A stretch of 63,970 nucleotides of DNA, the filler included, from Bipalium vagum (taxonomy: Eukaryota): NCBI GenBank assembly GCA_037834085.1. It is 3 parts of 3 records of this genome, joined end to end, with 100 filler letters (N's around TTAATTAATTAA, not from the genome) between each part and the next. Parts side by side here need not be neighbours in the genome. Positions count along the whole stretch, not along the records: positions 1 to 19,714 come from JBBMKC010269471.1; positions 19,815 to 46,951 come from JBBMKC010105673.1; 1 more part is not named here. The stretch is one strand, 5' to 3'. Below the pieces are notes generated by a model that saw only the letters and a program-made list of their open reading frames with translations, searched no databases and was not told the origin of the DNA. Of the stretch, positions 13,700-25,301 are shown in pieces. Position 1 is the stretch's first letter, and the number at the start of each line of letters is the position of its first letter. A program made the translations under genes and the position numbers.

Positions 13700-16400
13700 T
13701 AATGTGCCTTGAAATTCCTAAATCTGCTCTTTTTCCACCTTCAATCAATGAGAGAAGGCTCAGCAGAAAAGATAGGCAAACTAGAGCTCTCACTATTAAT
13801 AGAAATGATCGAAAAAGATTATGACGTTGACCATATCATGGATAAAATTGTGAGTGTCTTCCCTTCTTACCTTCTGCTTCACGTCATCAACCATATCTTG
13901 GGTCAAACATGTTTAAAGATAAAGATAATAAATTTTCTGTAAGATCTAATTTTAATAAAAATATGAAATACACAGTAAATGAGATTCTCAATGACGATAT
14001 TATTGATTGCCGACCATCAATGATAGACATTATTGGACACTTTACTAACTCTTTAGCTGAAAACAAAACTTGGGTTTTCAACGAATTTTGTAAGTCTTCT
14101 TCGACTGAACTATACCTTGATTTGATTTCACCTCCTGAAGTGTTTATCACACTGAAAAGGGTAGATAACACAATTCCTGGATGCGATGGCATCACATATA
14201 GTAACTTGAAATATTTTGATCCTGACGGAGACATCTTATGCTTCTTGTTTAATAAAATAATTGAATCCGGAAAAATTCCTTCTCTTTGGAATTTGTTTAA
14301 AACATCTTTAATTCCAAAACCTGGCAGAAGTGATAATTATCATCTGGTGTCAAGCTGGAGACCATTTGCTCTTCTCTGTACTTCCTACAAGATTTTCGCT
14401 GCGAATCTCTGTTGCAGATTAAGCATCTGGGTCACGGAGAAAAATCTTCTTCATTTTTGTCAAAAAGCTGGCAATGAGTATGAAGGTTCTAACTGCAGCT
14501 TTGGAACACTCTAAATATTCAGAAAATTGCGCAATTTCCATTGGTTGGCTTGACATCAAAGACGCATTTCCGAGTGTTCCACACTAATATCTGTGGTCAC
14601 TTCTTCGATATATAGGGGTTGGCAAAAGCTTCGTAAAAATATTGTAATTATGTTAAATTAATATCAGCAATTCAGAGAGGTGTGAGACAAGGCTATCCAC
14701 TTTCCAGTTACTTTTCGGAATTGCAATAAATCCCATTCTTGAAGCTGTAAGCTCTGTTTCGATCCCATCTTTTATGATTGGAACTTCTGCAATAACGAGT
14801 TTTGGCTTATGCAGATGATATGGTCATTAATGCCAATAATTCTGCTGACTTACAGAAAATTATCGATGCAGCCATTTCAATCACTGAGTGTTCAGAAATG
14901 CACTACCACCCTGAGAAATGTTCTTTCCTAAATTTGCCACAAGATGAAATGAGTAGTGTCATTCCCATCTACAACATTCCACTTCGTCGGCTGACTTCCA
15001 AAGATTTCTATCAGTATTTGAGTGTTTCTGTTGGTGTGGAAATTGATCAATCGCCCTATGAAACTCTGAATAAAATCATAGCCGATTTAAGAAAGATTGT
15101 CAATTCTCCCTTGTTTGGTTGGCAAAAACTGAAAGCCTACAAAATCTTTTTGCATTCTCGTGTGATTTTTCCATTCAGAACTAGTGAAGTAAAAATTAAC
15201 TTTCTTTAATTAACCATTAAAACATGGTTCGGGTAATGAGAATAGAAGTTCAAAAATCAGATCATACTTAAAACAAGTCCTGAAACTACCACCACAAGCC
15301 GAGTCCAATTAGCTCTATTCTTCTATCGAAAATGGAGGAACTGGTTTGACTGATTTGCGTGATGAATATTCTACTCATGTATTGTACAAGGTTTTCGTCT
15401 CTTGACAGCATCATGCGATTCTACTCGAAAAAACATTTTTGACTCTCTTTGTTTTGTCACGGCTACTAGTCTAACTTCATCTGCTTGTAATATTTCAGAT
15501 TTTTTTCAATGGTAAGACAAAATGCAATTCAGCATCTAAAAAATCTTGGTGGCTGAGAGTGAAATAATTGAGTAATTTAGAAAATCTCTTGCTATTTTAT
15601 TTCTTTTGAATTTGAAAGGGATATGATTACCCATCGAATTTCTCCTGAAAGCAGAGGTACCTCTATAAGCACCTATAAAGAACGAAGTGCTTTGTCCTAT
15701 CTTCTCCATCTTAACATTGAAAGTTCTTACAGTTTGAAGTGGCATAACAGCAAGAGGAGTAATCTTATTGCTGATACTTTTAAACTCTGCTCTCCTGTAA
15801 ATAAAATGATTTTTAACTATGGTTTGAGTAACTTTGGCTTCAAATTTATTCATAAAGCTCGCTCAAACTCGCTTCCTATCAATGCAAGACCATGGAATAA
15901 GTGTAAAGATTCTCGTGCCTGCAGACACTGTCACTTTTCTGAGGAATCAATGACGCATGCGTTGCAAAATTGTTTTCCAAGCATGTCATTGTCTACAGAG
16001 AGTCACAATGCTTGTTTAAAGAAAATTGCTGATGCACTTTGTAGTCCTGATATTATTATAGTCATGGACAAGAAATGTGAGCTCTTGAAGGATTGCAACG
16101 ATCTTGTTGATCTTTTGATTATACATGTTGAGAAAAAATTGATTTTTCTCATTGATTTCAAATGTCAGATGAATTCAGATGAAGACAATTTAGCTGTATA
16201 ATTGGATCCCTAGGAATAGTACAGTCAAAAACAATTGATATATAGGAGAAAATCAGTGTCCGGAGATCAAAATTTGGTCCACTTTTCAAGGAATGTGCAG
16301 CATTATATATTGAATACTCGACAAAGATTTGGCAGTACCGTGTTACAGGAATCCTGAGATTTATTTAGCAGCGATTCTATAATGTAAATTAAATTTGTAA
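13700..16400 (+). mobile_element. Decayed non-LTR retrotransposon with C-terminal restriction-like endonuclease (NeSL/R5/Utopia-like)
   Basis: RT motifs PGCDGI, LIPKPG, SWRPFALLCTSYKIF, LDIKDAFPSVPH, RGVRQGYPL and LAYADD; CCHC knuckle CRHC..ESMTHALQNC; RLE-like DLLI...LIDFK; C-terminal GSLG...IW...TG. Many stops and frameshifts. Confidence 0.85.
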
Positions 16401-16910
16401 GTTAAATATTTTCTATAATCTGCTCTTATGGTATTGAGGATTTTGCCGGAATGAGAATTTAATCTCGTGCATAAAATTTTGCAAGTTCACTATTGATTGA
16501 ATGAATGTTATTTGGTAATTTTCACTGATGCGTTTATTTTCAACCTCAATCTCCAATGGAAAAGTACGAATTCCTTCATTCCGCTTACTCCTTTTTTTCT
16601 TGATTGCAGAACTTTTTTAAGTATATGATTAATGTCCCTTTATGAAAATGACTTAATGACCTTCTTTCAACTATTCTGTAACTTTCAGAATTACAGATAT
16701 TCAATGAGAATAAGAAACTTGTTTCTCTTTTTAAAAACTTTTTAGTATCGAATGGTTACTATTTTAATAAAATATTTTAAAATAAAAGATCAAAATCGCC
16801 AATTCCTTTTGTGCCAACTTAATATTTATTAAATTAAATTGATTTGTTAAAATTGTTGGTCCGTATTATCAAAGATTTGTTTTACTTGAATTAAAACGAT
16901 ACATTTTATA

Positions 16911-17939
16911 TTAGTTTGTTCAAAGTATTGTACGTTTTTTGTACATTCATTTTTAAAGAGTGTAAGTCAGCCGAAAAAAAAGGTGTATTGATTAAAATAA
17001 AAGCCATTAGCGTTTACACACTTTTGCCAATGAATTGATAGATTTTCTATTCCTATACGATAGAATTCAGTAGAGCTAGAGGCATCTTTCGTACTGAAAT
17101 ATTTTTCCATTCAAATAATTTTGTAAATGTTTGAAAAAAATGGAAAGCCGTTGGTGAAAGAACGGACAAGAATGGTGGATATGGCATGAATATCGTAATT
17201 TAAGCTTTTCCACAAATCCGGGGTTTTCTTTGCTATGTACAGAAAGGAATTGTCATGCAACCGAATTTGGCTTTTCTTAATGGTCAATGCTGAGTACATT
17301 CTTTTTAAATTTTCTTGCATAATATCAATTTTAGGCAGTATTTATCTACTGTTATCATTTTTCAGATATGAATCAATTCTTTTGAACACACCTTTCAGTA
17401 ACCATTATCTTCTTTTCCTGTCGATTCGGTTATGGAGAGCACTTGGAACAGTTTAACCATTGTGCTTAAAGTTTAATATTTTTATTTTAAAACAATTTTT
17501 TATCAAAAGTAATCAGATGATAAAGAAATGGTTCCTGTTTGGTTCTGAACATATCTCATAGCTATTAATTTTCTTTTATTTGTTTAGCTCACTTCTTTAT
17601 CTTACCTTTTTTCTTCATATGATTGGAAACGGTTCCAATACTGGTATTTAGACTTATTCAAGTTTCCTTATTGTTGTTCGCGTATCGTCTTTCACCAGAG
17701 CCTTTAAATCCTAGTCATCAAATTTGGCTGGACGGCCAATTCGTTTCGCATCTTCAGGAGATAAACGTCCATTACGGAACTTCTAGTACCACTGTCATAT
17801 ATTAATTGATTTCCAGCAGCAAACTTCATTAACTTTTCGAACAGTTTCAGCTGTTCTTCTGCGTAATTCAAAAATTTTAATATTTACAATTTTAATGTAT
17901 ACAAACAAAAAACGTGCAAAACTTTCCGAACAAACCTAA
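16911..17939 (-). mobile_element. Mariner with recognisable TIRs, internally deleted
   Basis: TA-flanked TTAGTTTGTTCAAAGTATTGTACGTTTTTTG versus the reverse complement TTAGGTTTGTTCGGAAAGTTTTGCACGTTTTTTG; remnants LHDNS and YSSDLSPTDFH-like. Confidence 0.75.
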
Positions 17940-18699
17940 TAATTTTAATTGTTTGATAAATTTGATCTATTTCTTTTCAAAATATTTTTCTGCGGATTTG
18001 GAAATGAATTTTATCAATGTTGATCTTAAACTATTTTCATTTTAACATTAAAATAAGTATAAAGACGTACATCATTAATACAATTTTTTTTAATGAAGTC
18101 ATTGTACTTGATGCTTATTTTAGGGTGATTGGTGAAAATGCCTATTATGTGGGGTAAGACTGTTTTTGAAAATTTTATAAGATGTAATTGTAATAAGATG
18201 TACCTTTAAGTTTTATACAAATATTAAATGACTATTTTATCAATAATCTGAAATAGTCTTACACTTCTATCTTTGTAGAGTTCTTCGGATTAGAAAATTC
18301 GGGACCATGTAGCTAATAAACTATAAATAAATTTTCAATTTTAATTAGATTGATGGCCTTTGATTGACTTAAAGTGGGTTTTATTTATTATAGTTTAACG
18401 TTGCTTTACATAGGACGAAGGAAATATTATATTTAATAATATATGTAATTCTTAACTCTTTATTCATTTGAATTTTGATCGGACTTCAAAAAATCGTGGA
18501 AGTGTTATTATTAGAATAGAAACACACTATTCGAATAAACAAGATTAAATCTATTTATATTCTTACTTAAGAGCTCAAACATACAAATAAAGGTCGCAAA
18601 GGGCATCTGTATAAAATCAGCCAAGTCCTGTTCACTAAGAGAGAACAGAGTCGAGTGAAAAAGTAAAATAAAAATGGAGATTAACAAAAAAAATCTTTA

Positions 18700-19290
18700 T
18701 CCTGATTATATTGACTCAATTATAACTGGTAATGAGATATGATGTTTTAAATATGATCTAAAAACAAAGGGTCAAAGTAGTAAATGGAAGAAAGTTGATG
18801 AGCCGAAAATTTAGTTTTCAATGATCAAGAATTAAGACTATCTTAATTACTATTTATGATTCAAAAGGTATATTCAATAAGGAATTTGTCAAGCTGTTAA
18901 TGGGAAATATTATTTAAATGTTTTACATCGTTTGTGGTCAAGAATTGTTTAAGTTAGAATTCAATAACCAGAAGGAAAACAGTTGTTCTTATTTCACGAT
19001 AATGCTCTGCCTCACAAAACCATAAAAGTTTGAATTCTTGACCAAAAATACATTTTTCATCTGACATCCACCATATTCGCCTGACCTCTCACCATGCAAC
19101 TATTTTCTATTCCCAAAACTGAAATTTGTATTGAAAGGTATATTTTATGATGATGTCCAAGCTAACCAAGCAGCCGTAACAAAAGTGCTCAAGAAAATTT
19201 CTTTAAATGACTTTGGAGAATGTATCCATACGCTAGCTGACCGTTCCAGATATTGTATCGAATCCCATGTAACCTATTTTGAATAATTAT
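18700..19290 (+). mobile_element. Mariner transposase 3' fragment
   Basis: FHDNALPH and HPPYSPDLSPCNYFLFPKLK. Confidence 0.75.
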
Positions 19291-19459
19291 AATCTTTCAT
19301 GGATAATATAATGAGTACTTTAATGTGTATCAATAAAGTTCAGTTATTTATAAAATAAGATGTGTATATAATGAGAAATAAGATTTTTACAGTAAAATGA
19401 CAATAATAAACTACGAACTTAAAGCAATATATATAAAATGCACAACCTTTCTCTTTCTG

Positions 19460-19498
<39 letters not shown>

Positions 19499-19714
19499 TT
19501 AAATTAATTATATGTTAAGATCCTGGAGTTGATGGATAAAAAGGATGTTAAAGTTCGGAGCCTAAATATCTCTCAGGTCTCAACGGTTGAAGGTTGCGTT
19601 TATGCGTGTTCGATTATTTGAAAACTGAAGGTTGCGTTCAAAATTAAAATCACTGAGAAAACGATTTGTGGTTTAATACGTTTATTGAAAGCGATATCAA
19701 ATTACAATTAAAAT

Positions 19715-19814
19715 NNNNNNNNNNNNNNNNNNNNNNNNNNNNNNNNNNNNNNNNNNNNTTAATTAATTAANNNNNNNNNNNNNNNNNNNNNNNNNNNNNN
19801 NNNNNNNNNNNNNN
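19715..19814. other. Artificial contig spacer (44 N + TTAATTAATTAA + 44 N)
   Basis: Exactly 100 bp; the 12-mer has stops in all six frames. Confidence 0.95.

Positions 19815-19862
<48 letters not shown>
19815..19862. repeat. (AAT)n microsatellite at contig end
   Basis: Seen directly. Confidence 0.9.
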
Positions 19863-20756
19863 GTAATGATAATGATGATAATAATATTAACTACGATGGT
19901 AAAATTTAAGTTTCAATAAATATACTAACGAAAATTCATTATTTTCATAAAAATAATAATCAGTGATCCGATCCGTATTATCAAAACAGAGTCTAGAGAT
20001 TGTAATATTAAAATTATATTAAAAATTGAAATAATGAATAGAATCATAGGTAAAACTAATTCATCATCAAAAGCTATTTAATTAAAAACCAAATAAATAA
20101 TAAATATAGCACCATCATCTTTGATGTACCTTTAAAATAATTAATAAAATAAATTAAATTTTTAATAAATTAACTAAAAAAGTAATTACAGAAAAACAAC
20201 CAATAGATTAGAAAATAAGAATAGTAGACAGAAAGCACTAAACATTTGTTTAAATTGTTTTTAAAATAATCTTAAAGGATTAAAGAAATCACTTAAAAAT
20301 TAATAAGATATTTTAACTTAAAATATAAAATTTCAATGTACTCGTTCAGGATAAGGATGTGCCAATGAATTCTTTATAAGTTTTCATCGAAGAATTATTT
20401 AATCAACATTAAAAGACGAAATAATAAGTTTTATTTCACATTTTATCAATTTAAAAAATTTAATAAAAAAGAAAATTTACTCAAAAATTTAATAAATTAA
20501 TTGAATTTTCAATTTTAATTAAAAATTTATTGGTATCAAGGTTTTCGAAAATTTTCATCCTCTTTCATTCCAATGTTAGAAGTATTTAAAGAAAAAAGAT
20601 ATAAGGAATTCACTAACCATTACAACAATTGACCTGTCTAAGTTTAATTTAGTTTAGTTTGTATTATTAATATTATTAATACTATTAATACTAAAAATTT
20701 TTATTATATAAAATTATATTTTAGGTTTGAAATTTGAGATTTATGGAAAGAAATTG

Positions 20757-21844
20757 AATTCTCTGGTCAAAAGTTTGGAAACCCCTAACGAAAAAATCAA
20801 AATTGAAGATTCCAGTCTTATACTACTGGTTTTATTTCTTTTGTTTAATAATTTTGATGTATTTCCTGTTTTTAAATCAAAAATTAAAATACTTTTTATT
20901 AAGATTACATTGACACTATTTTTACATTCAAAATCCTATTAGTTAATTTTCATTTTCATTTTTTGGCTTTATGACGGCGACACATTTTAAGTAATCTCTT
21001 CATAAGTTTATGTATTTTTCTACACTTATGTTGTTCCAAGCAACTTTTAAGGAATTCTATTGACTGTTTGTTCGCATATTTCTCCCTTGACGGTCAAGCT
21101 CATCGCGAAGTAATTCGAAAGGATTAAAATCTGACGATTCTGGCGGCCATTTCAACAATTGAAGTATTCCATCTTCTTCTTTTTTCTTTAAATTATTATA
21201 AAAGCTTAGAAATGTGTTTGGGTCGTTTTCATGTTGAAAAGTAAAACAGTGATCAGGGATGAGATTGCCTATTGCTGAAGAATGCGATGATATAGTTCTT
21301 TTCTTATGATGCCACCAATTTGAACTAACACACCAACTCCATCATAAGCAAAATAAAATATAGAAATAGCATAAATGTTGCTAATTTGTTAAAATTTTAG
21401 CACATTAATGAATGCCAACAAAATATGGATTTTAAATTGAAATTTTAACAGGATCTTAACAAAAAAATTTAATTTATGGCTAAATAACATAGAAACAATA
21501 AATATCAGGTTGTGTAGAATGAAATTTGTAGGTAATGAAATTGCCAACTCTAATTGTTGCTTATTTGTTATCGGCTTGATATTTTACCATTTTGTTTTTT
21601 GCGTTGGTAAATTATTTTATATAAATTTATATCTGTCTTGTTTGAAAATATCATTTTAATTAAATTAAATGATATTAATTAATCATTTTATTTGTAATTT
21701 ATTAATAAACCTTGTTTTTCATTTTACAAATTTCATACTACACAACCTGATACATAAAAATACTTGAGTAAAATAATAGGCTATATATGTAGACATTCTT
21801 GATTTTTCATTTTTTAGGGGTTTCCAAACTTTTGAACTGTAGTG
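20757..21844 (-). mobile_element. Internally deleted Tc1 (DD34E) element
   Basis: Inverted TCAAAAGTTTGGAAACCCCTAA at both ends, with the right terminus followed by TA; remnants FQHENDP and WPPESSDFNPFE. Confidence 0.75.
21505..21750. mobile_element. 246-bp mariner-type MITE nested in the Tc1 element
   Basis: 26-bp TIR TCAGGTTGTGTAG(A/T)ATGAAATTTGTA with one mismatch; TA on both sides. Confidence 0.85.
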
Positions 21845-22419
21845 TACAATAAAATAAAGTATTAACATAAATATAACCACTTTGTATTGTGTCATGTATG
21901 GAAGAATCTAATAAGAGTCTAGTATGAAGAGTAACTAAATATAAATGTCAAACATGGTTTTCTGGGCTTTGTTCCGAAACTTTAAACCTTAAAAATCATC
22001 AAAATTCTGTAAGGCCAGTCAAGACTAATGATAATAATAAAATAAATACTATATAAAATATAAATACTTAAATACGTATAAATACTTATCAAGTTCTCCG
22101 AAAAATTAGGAAAATGTGTTCTACGCGGATAGAATCTTCAAATTATCTTAAAGTTGATAGAAAGTGTTGTATAAAAAGGAAGAATATATTGTTGATTGAA
22201 AATTTCTTGATTAATGGAAATTCTATTTTGAGTTTTTCTAAAAAAATCAGAAGCAATTTCAGAATAACCTTATATTAACTCAAAAGTTTTAAGAAAATTC
22301 AAAAATGAATAAATATGTTATTATAATCAATCACTTCTAATAATTTTTCAACATTCATCAATCAAAATATTTACATATTTCATCGAATTCTAAATATTAC
22401 AATTTAACTAAAGACTTAC

Positions 22420-22443
22420 GGGTGGTAAATTGCTTGGATATTT
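22420..22443 (-). CDS. Candidate 24-nt ACC microexon, (R)NIQAIYH(P)
   Basis: Reads aatttag|AAATATCCAAGCAATTTACCACCC|gtaagt on the minus strand. Phase 2 on both sides, in frame with the preceding exon ending LPSTHPE-AG. Confidence 0.6.
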
Positions 22444-22639
22444 CTAAATTTAGAGTAAAATATTCAATAAAAATATATTACATACAAATATTTATGATAT
22501 AAAAAAATATAATTTGAACATAAAAATAATTACTAAAGTCTAAAAAACAAATAATTATCATATTGTCAGTATTAGATTGTTTCATAATTTGTCGTTTTTT
22601 ATTAATAAAATTTTAAAAAGCAAGATAAAGAAATGATTT

Positions 22640-23710
22640 TATTATAAATTCATCCCTTTCAATTACTAGTCTCCATTTACAAAAAAGATTTCCTATTTCT
22701 GATTTATAAAATTTTTGGTTTTATTGTTGAAAAAGTAGTCAAAACCTTTTTATCACTTTCCAAGCAAATAAATCTTAACTAATTACTGTTGGTCAGGAGA
22801 TGCAACATCAGGACTATACAGTGGATGCGGAAAAAATTTCCAGTTCAGCTGCTTAATATTTTCCTGTCATCTTCGCAATATGTGATCTAGCAATATCATG
22901 TTTAAAAGCTCCTTTTTTCTGATTTGCAAATCAAGAAAATTCTTGGTGATATTTTCCTAGAGACGAGTAATTTGATCAGAATATCGTATACTAAAGCTTA
23001 GGAACAAGAAACCCATTGTCTATAGTACTTATGATTGTCATATTCATGTCATTTCCAATAGGTCACTAACAACCTGATCCAAAAAAGAAGTGTTTTAGTG
23101 TCTGGAAAGTCATGATGCGTACATTGTTAGTCACTCAGATTTTTGTAAATCTGCCAATTAATAAGTTCCTAATTTTCAGCTTCCCTCTCTTTCCATTATT
23201 TGCCTTTAGATGGCGGAGTAGTGTCACAGTATTCGATTCCGTTATAGTCTACAATACAACCCGTCAATGTTTGGTGTAGACCTTTCTGAATTCATTGTAG
23301 GAGCAAGTACTCATTGACATAGGAAAAACGTCCAAATAGAAATTTCTTTCTCTAAATATAGAAAACGAAAACTGTTATGTTCTGACTTCCAGTTCTTCAA
23401 GATACATCTTATTAATGATGGAAATTGCTTCAATACTATTTTTTCCTTTACAGAATTCATAAGAATACACCTCCGAACATGGACACTAGTAGGTTGATAA
23501 TTAATCATCTTTGCACCAATCTTTTGATCGATCTTAAAATTTATGCTAATTAAATAAGCAATATGAAAAATAAAAACATCTTGAATTAATTCCATTGATT
23601 TTAAAAAATGCTCATTTTTTCCTATTTAAAATATGTTAATGAAAAACAAAAATTCTATGAAACAGTCTGATAGAAAAATTGCCTGAATCATGTTTAAAAC
23701 ATGAAAGAAA
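22640..23710 (-). mobile_element. Heavily decayed mariner
   Basis: PHPLYSPDVAS at about 22800-22830 on the minus strand; boundaries approximate. Confidence 0.5.
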
Positions 23711-23939
23711 TTCACATTTAATAAAGTTTCACATAAAATAACATATTTTTACAAATATACACGATGGTATGCATTTCGATTGTTAATTTATCTGATTCAG
23801 ATAATTGAGTATTATTAACAAATCTTTTATGTACATGAAAAAATTCTTTTTCGGAAAGTAAAATATATAAAGTCATTTTTATCATTACAGAATATTTCAA
23901 AACCAAAATTATCAAAATCAATCTAAAATATTAAATGTA

Positions 23940-25240
23940 CATGGTGCGTCAGCTAATCGAGGACAAAAATTGATATTAAAGGTAAGTAATATTGTTAATG
24001 AAAAGAATGAATATTTTTAAGCAATATCAGAAAATTTGTTTGTTTTAAGTATACAAGTTTTATTTATTCAATAAAATCGCCTTCAGTATCAATTACAGCT
24101 TCAAGGTAGCTTCTGAAAACCTTACAAGCCGCGATCAAATAGTTTTTGTTCATATTTATCATAGCAGAACTTATAGAAGCCCGTAATAATTCTTTGGTAT
24201 TATAAGGATGTTTGCTCGTCTCCTTCTCTACGACGCCCCATACTACATAGTCCAAAGGATTTAAATCGGGTGAGCTAAGTAACCATAAGTTTGGAGCGAC
24301 ATGGTCGTTAAAATTTAGCGATATCCATTTTTGTGTTTTTAATGCTGTACGCTAGAGAGCTGAGTTTTGTTGGAACACATAAGGCCTTCCGTGGGCAATT
24401 TTTCATCCAAAGCTTTACATATGTATCCAGACACTCGATATAAGGAGATGCATTAATTCTAAGTCCATGTGGAAAGAAATAAGGAGGCATAGCATGACCT
24501 TCGTTGTTCACAACACCCAATATCATTAAAGATGATGAAAACTTTGTGTGCATAACATTAGGGACTTTAGAAGCACTGGATCACAGCCATCGATCAATCC
24601 TCCTATTAACCTTTTGATCTTGAGTGAAAAGTTTTCCATCAAAAAAGAACTATAGCATGTTTGGATGATCAAGATGCTTGATTTTGTTTAAAAGACACTT
24701 CGAGCGGATTAAACGATTTTCTTTGGTTTTTGCCGATACAAAATGTCTTCTTCTCATGAAGTAGGCTTGCATTTTAAATCATTGTGTACCATTCGTCTTA
24801 CTATTGACTCAGAAACCGATAGTAGATGGGCAATTTATCTCATTGGTATTCCGGGACTTTCATGAACAACATCCTGGACTTTTTGAACAAAATTAACATT
24901 TCTGACAATATCTGAACGTAAAAAGTGTTTTTCTTTTAGATATAGAGGAAAAAATTCGATCAGATGCCAAACATTCCTTTCTAATTTTATTGACAAGCGA
25001 TTTGGCCACATTAAGAAATATGGAAATTTCTAAGTCACTGTGTCCAGCGGCTAATGCAACAATAACTGCATGTCTTTTCATTTCTTTTGTTAATTCATAA
25101 GTTATCTCTTATATTTCTAAATTAAAAAATAATTATTTAATGTTGTATCAATAAATATTGCAAATCAATTTTAGCGCCACTAAAAAAATTATCATAATAT
25201 ATTTTATTAATTTTTGTTCTCAAATAGCTGACGCACCCTG
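23940..25240 (-). mobile_element. Full-length maT (DD37D)-like transposon with disrupted transposase
   Basis: TA-flanked TIRs CA(T/G)GGTGCGTCAGCTA...ACAAAAATT; ORF pieces MKRHAVIVAL, HTKF..MILGVV..GHAMPPYFF and SPDLNPLDYVVW. Confidence 0.9.
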
Positions 25241-25301
25241 TATACCATCATTTAAACATCATTAATTTTTAAAATTTTAATCAAATAGTTATTGAACAAA
25301 C

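Noticed and set aside
16418-16429. ATCTGCTCTTAT resembling the U2 snRNA target of Utopia elements
   Set aside because: Only 11 of 12 nt match, with no extension; compatible with chance.
18503-18686. Solo-LTR-like TGTTA...TAACA segment
   Set aside because: No matching target-site duplication and no second copy in the window.
19759-19770. Palindromic TTAATTAATTAA, repeated at 46996
   Set aside because: Assembly linker inside N runs, not biological.
22355-22389. EFDEICKYF, resembling the ACC central-domain FDEVM segment
   Set aside because: Wrong phase relative to the microexon, requires a 30-nt intron, and is followed by a stop.
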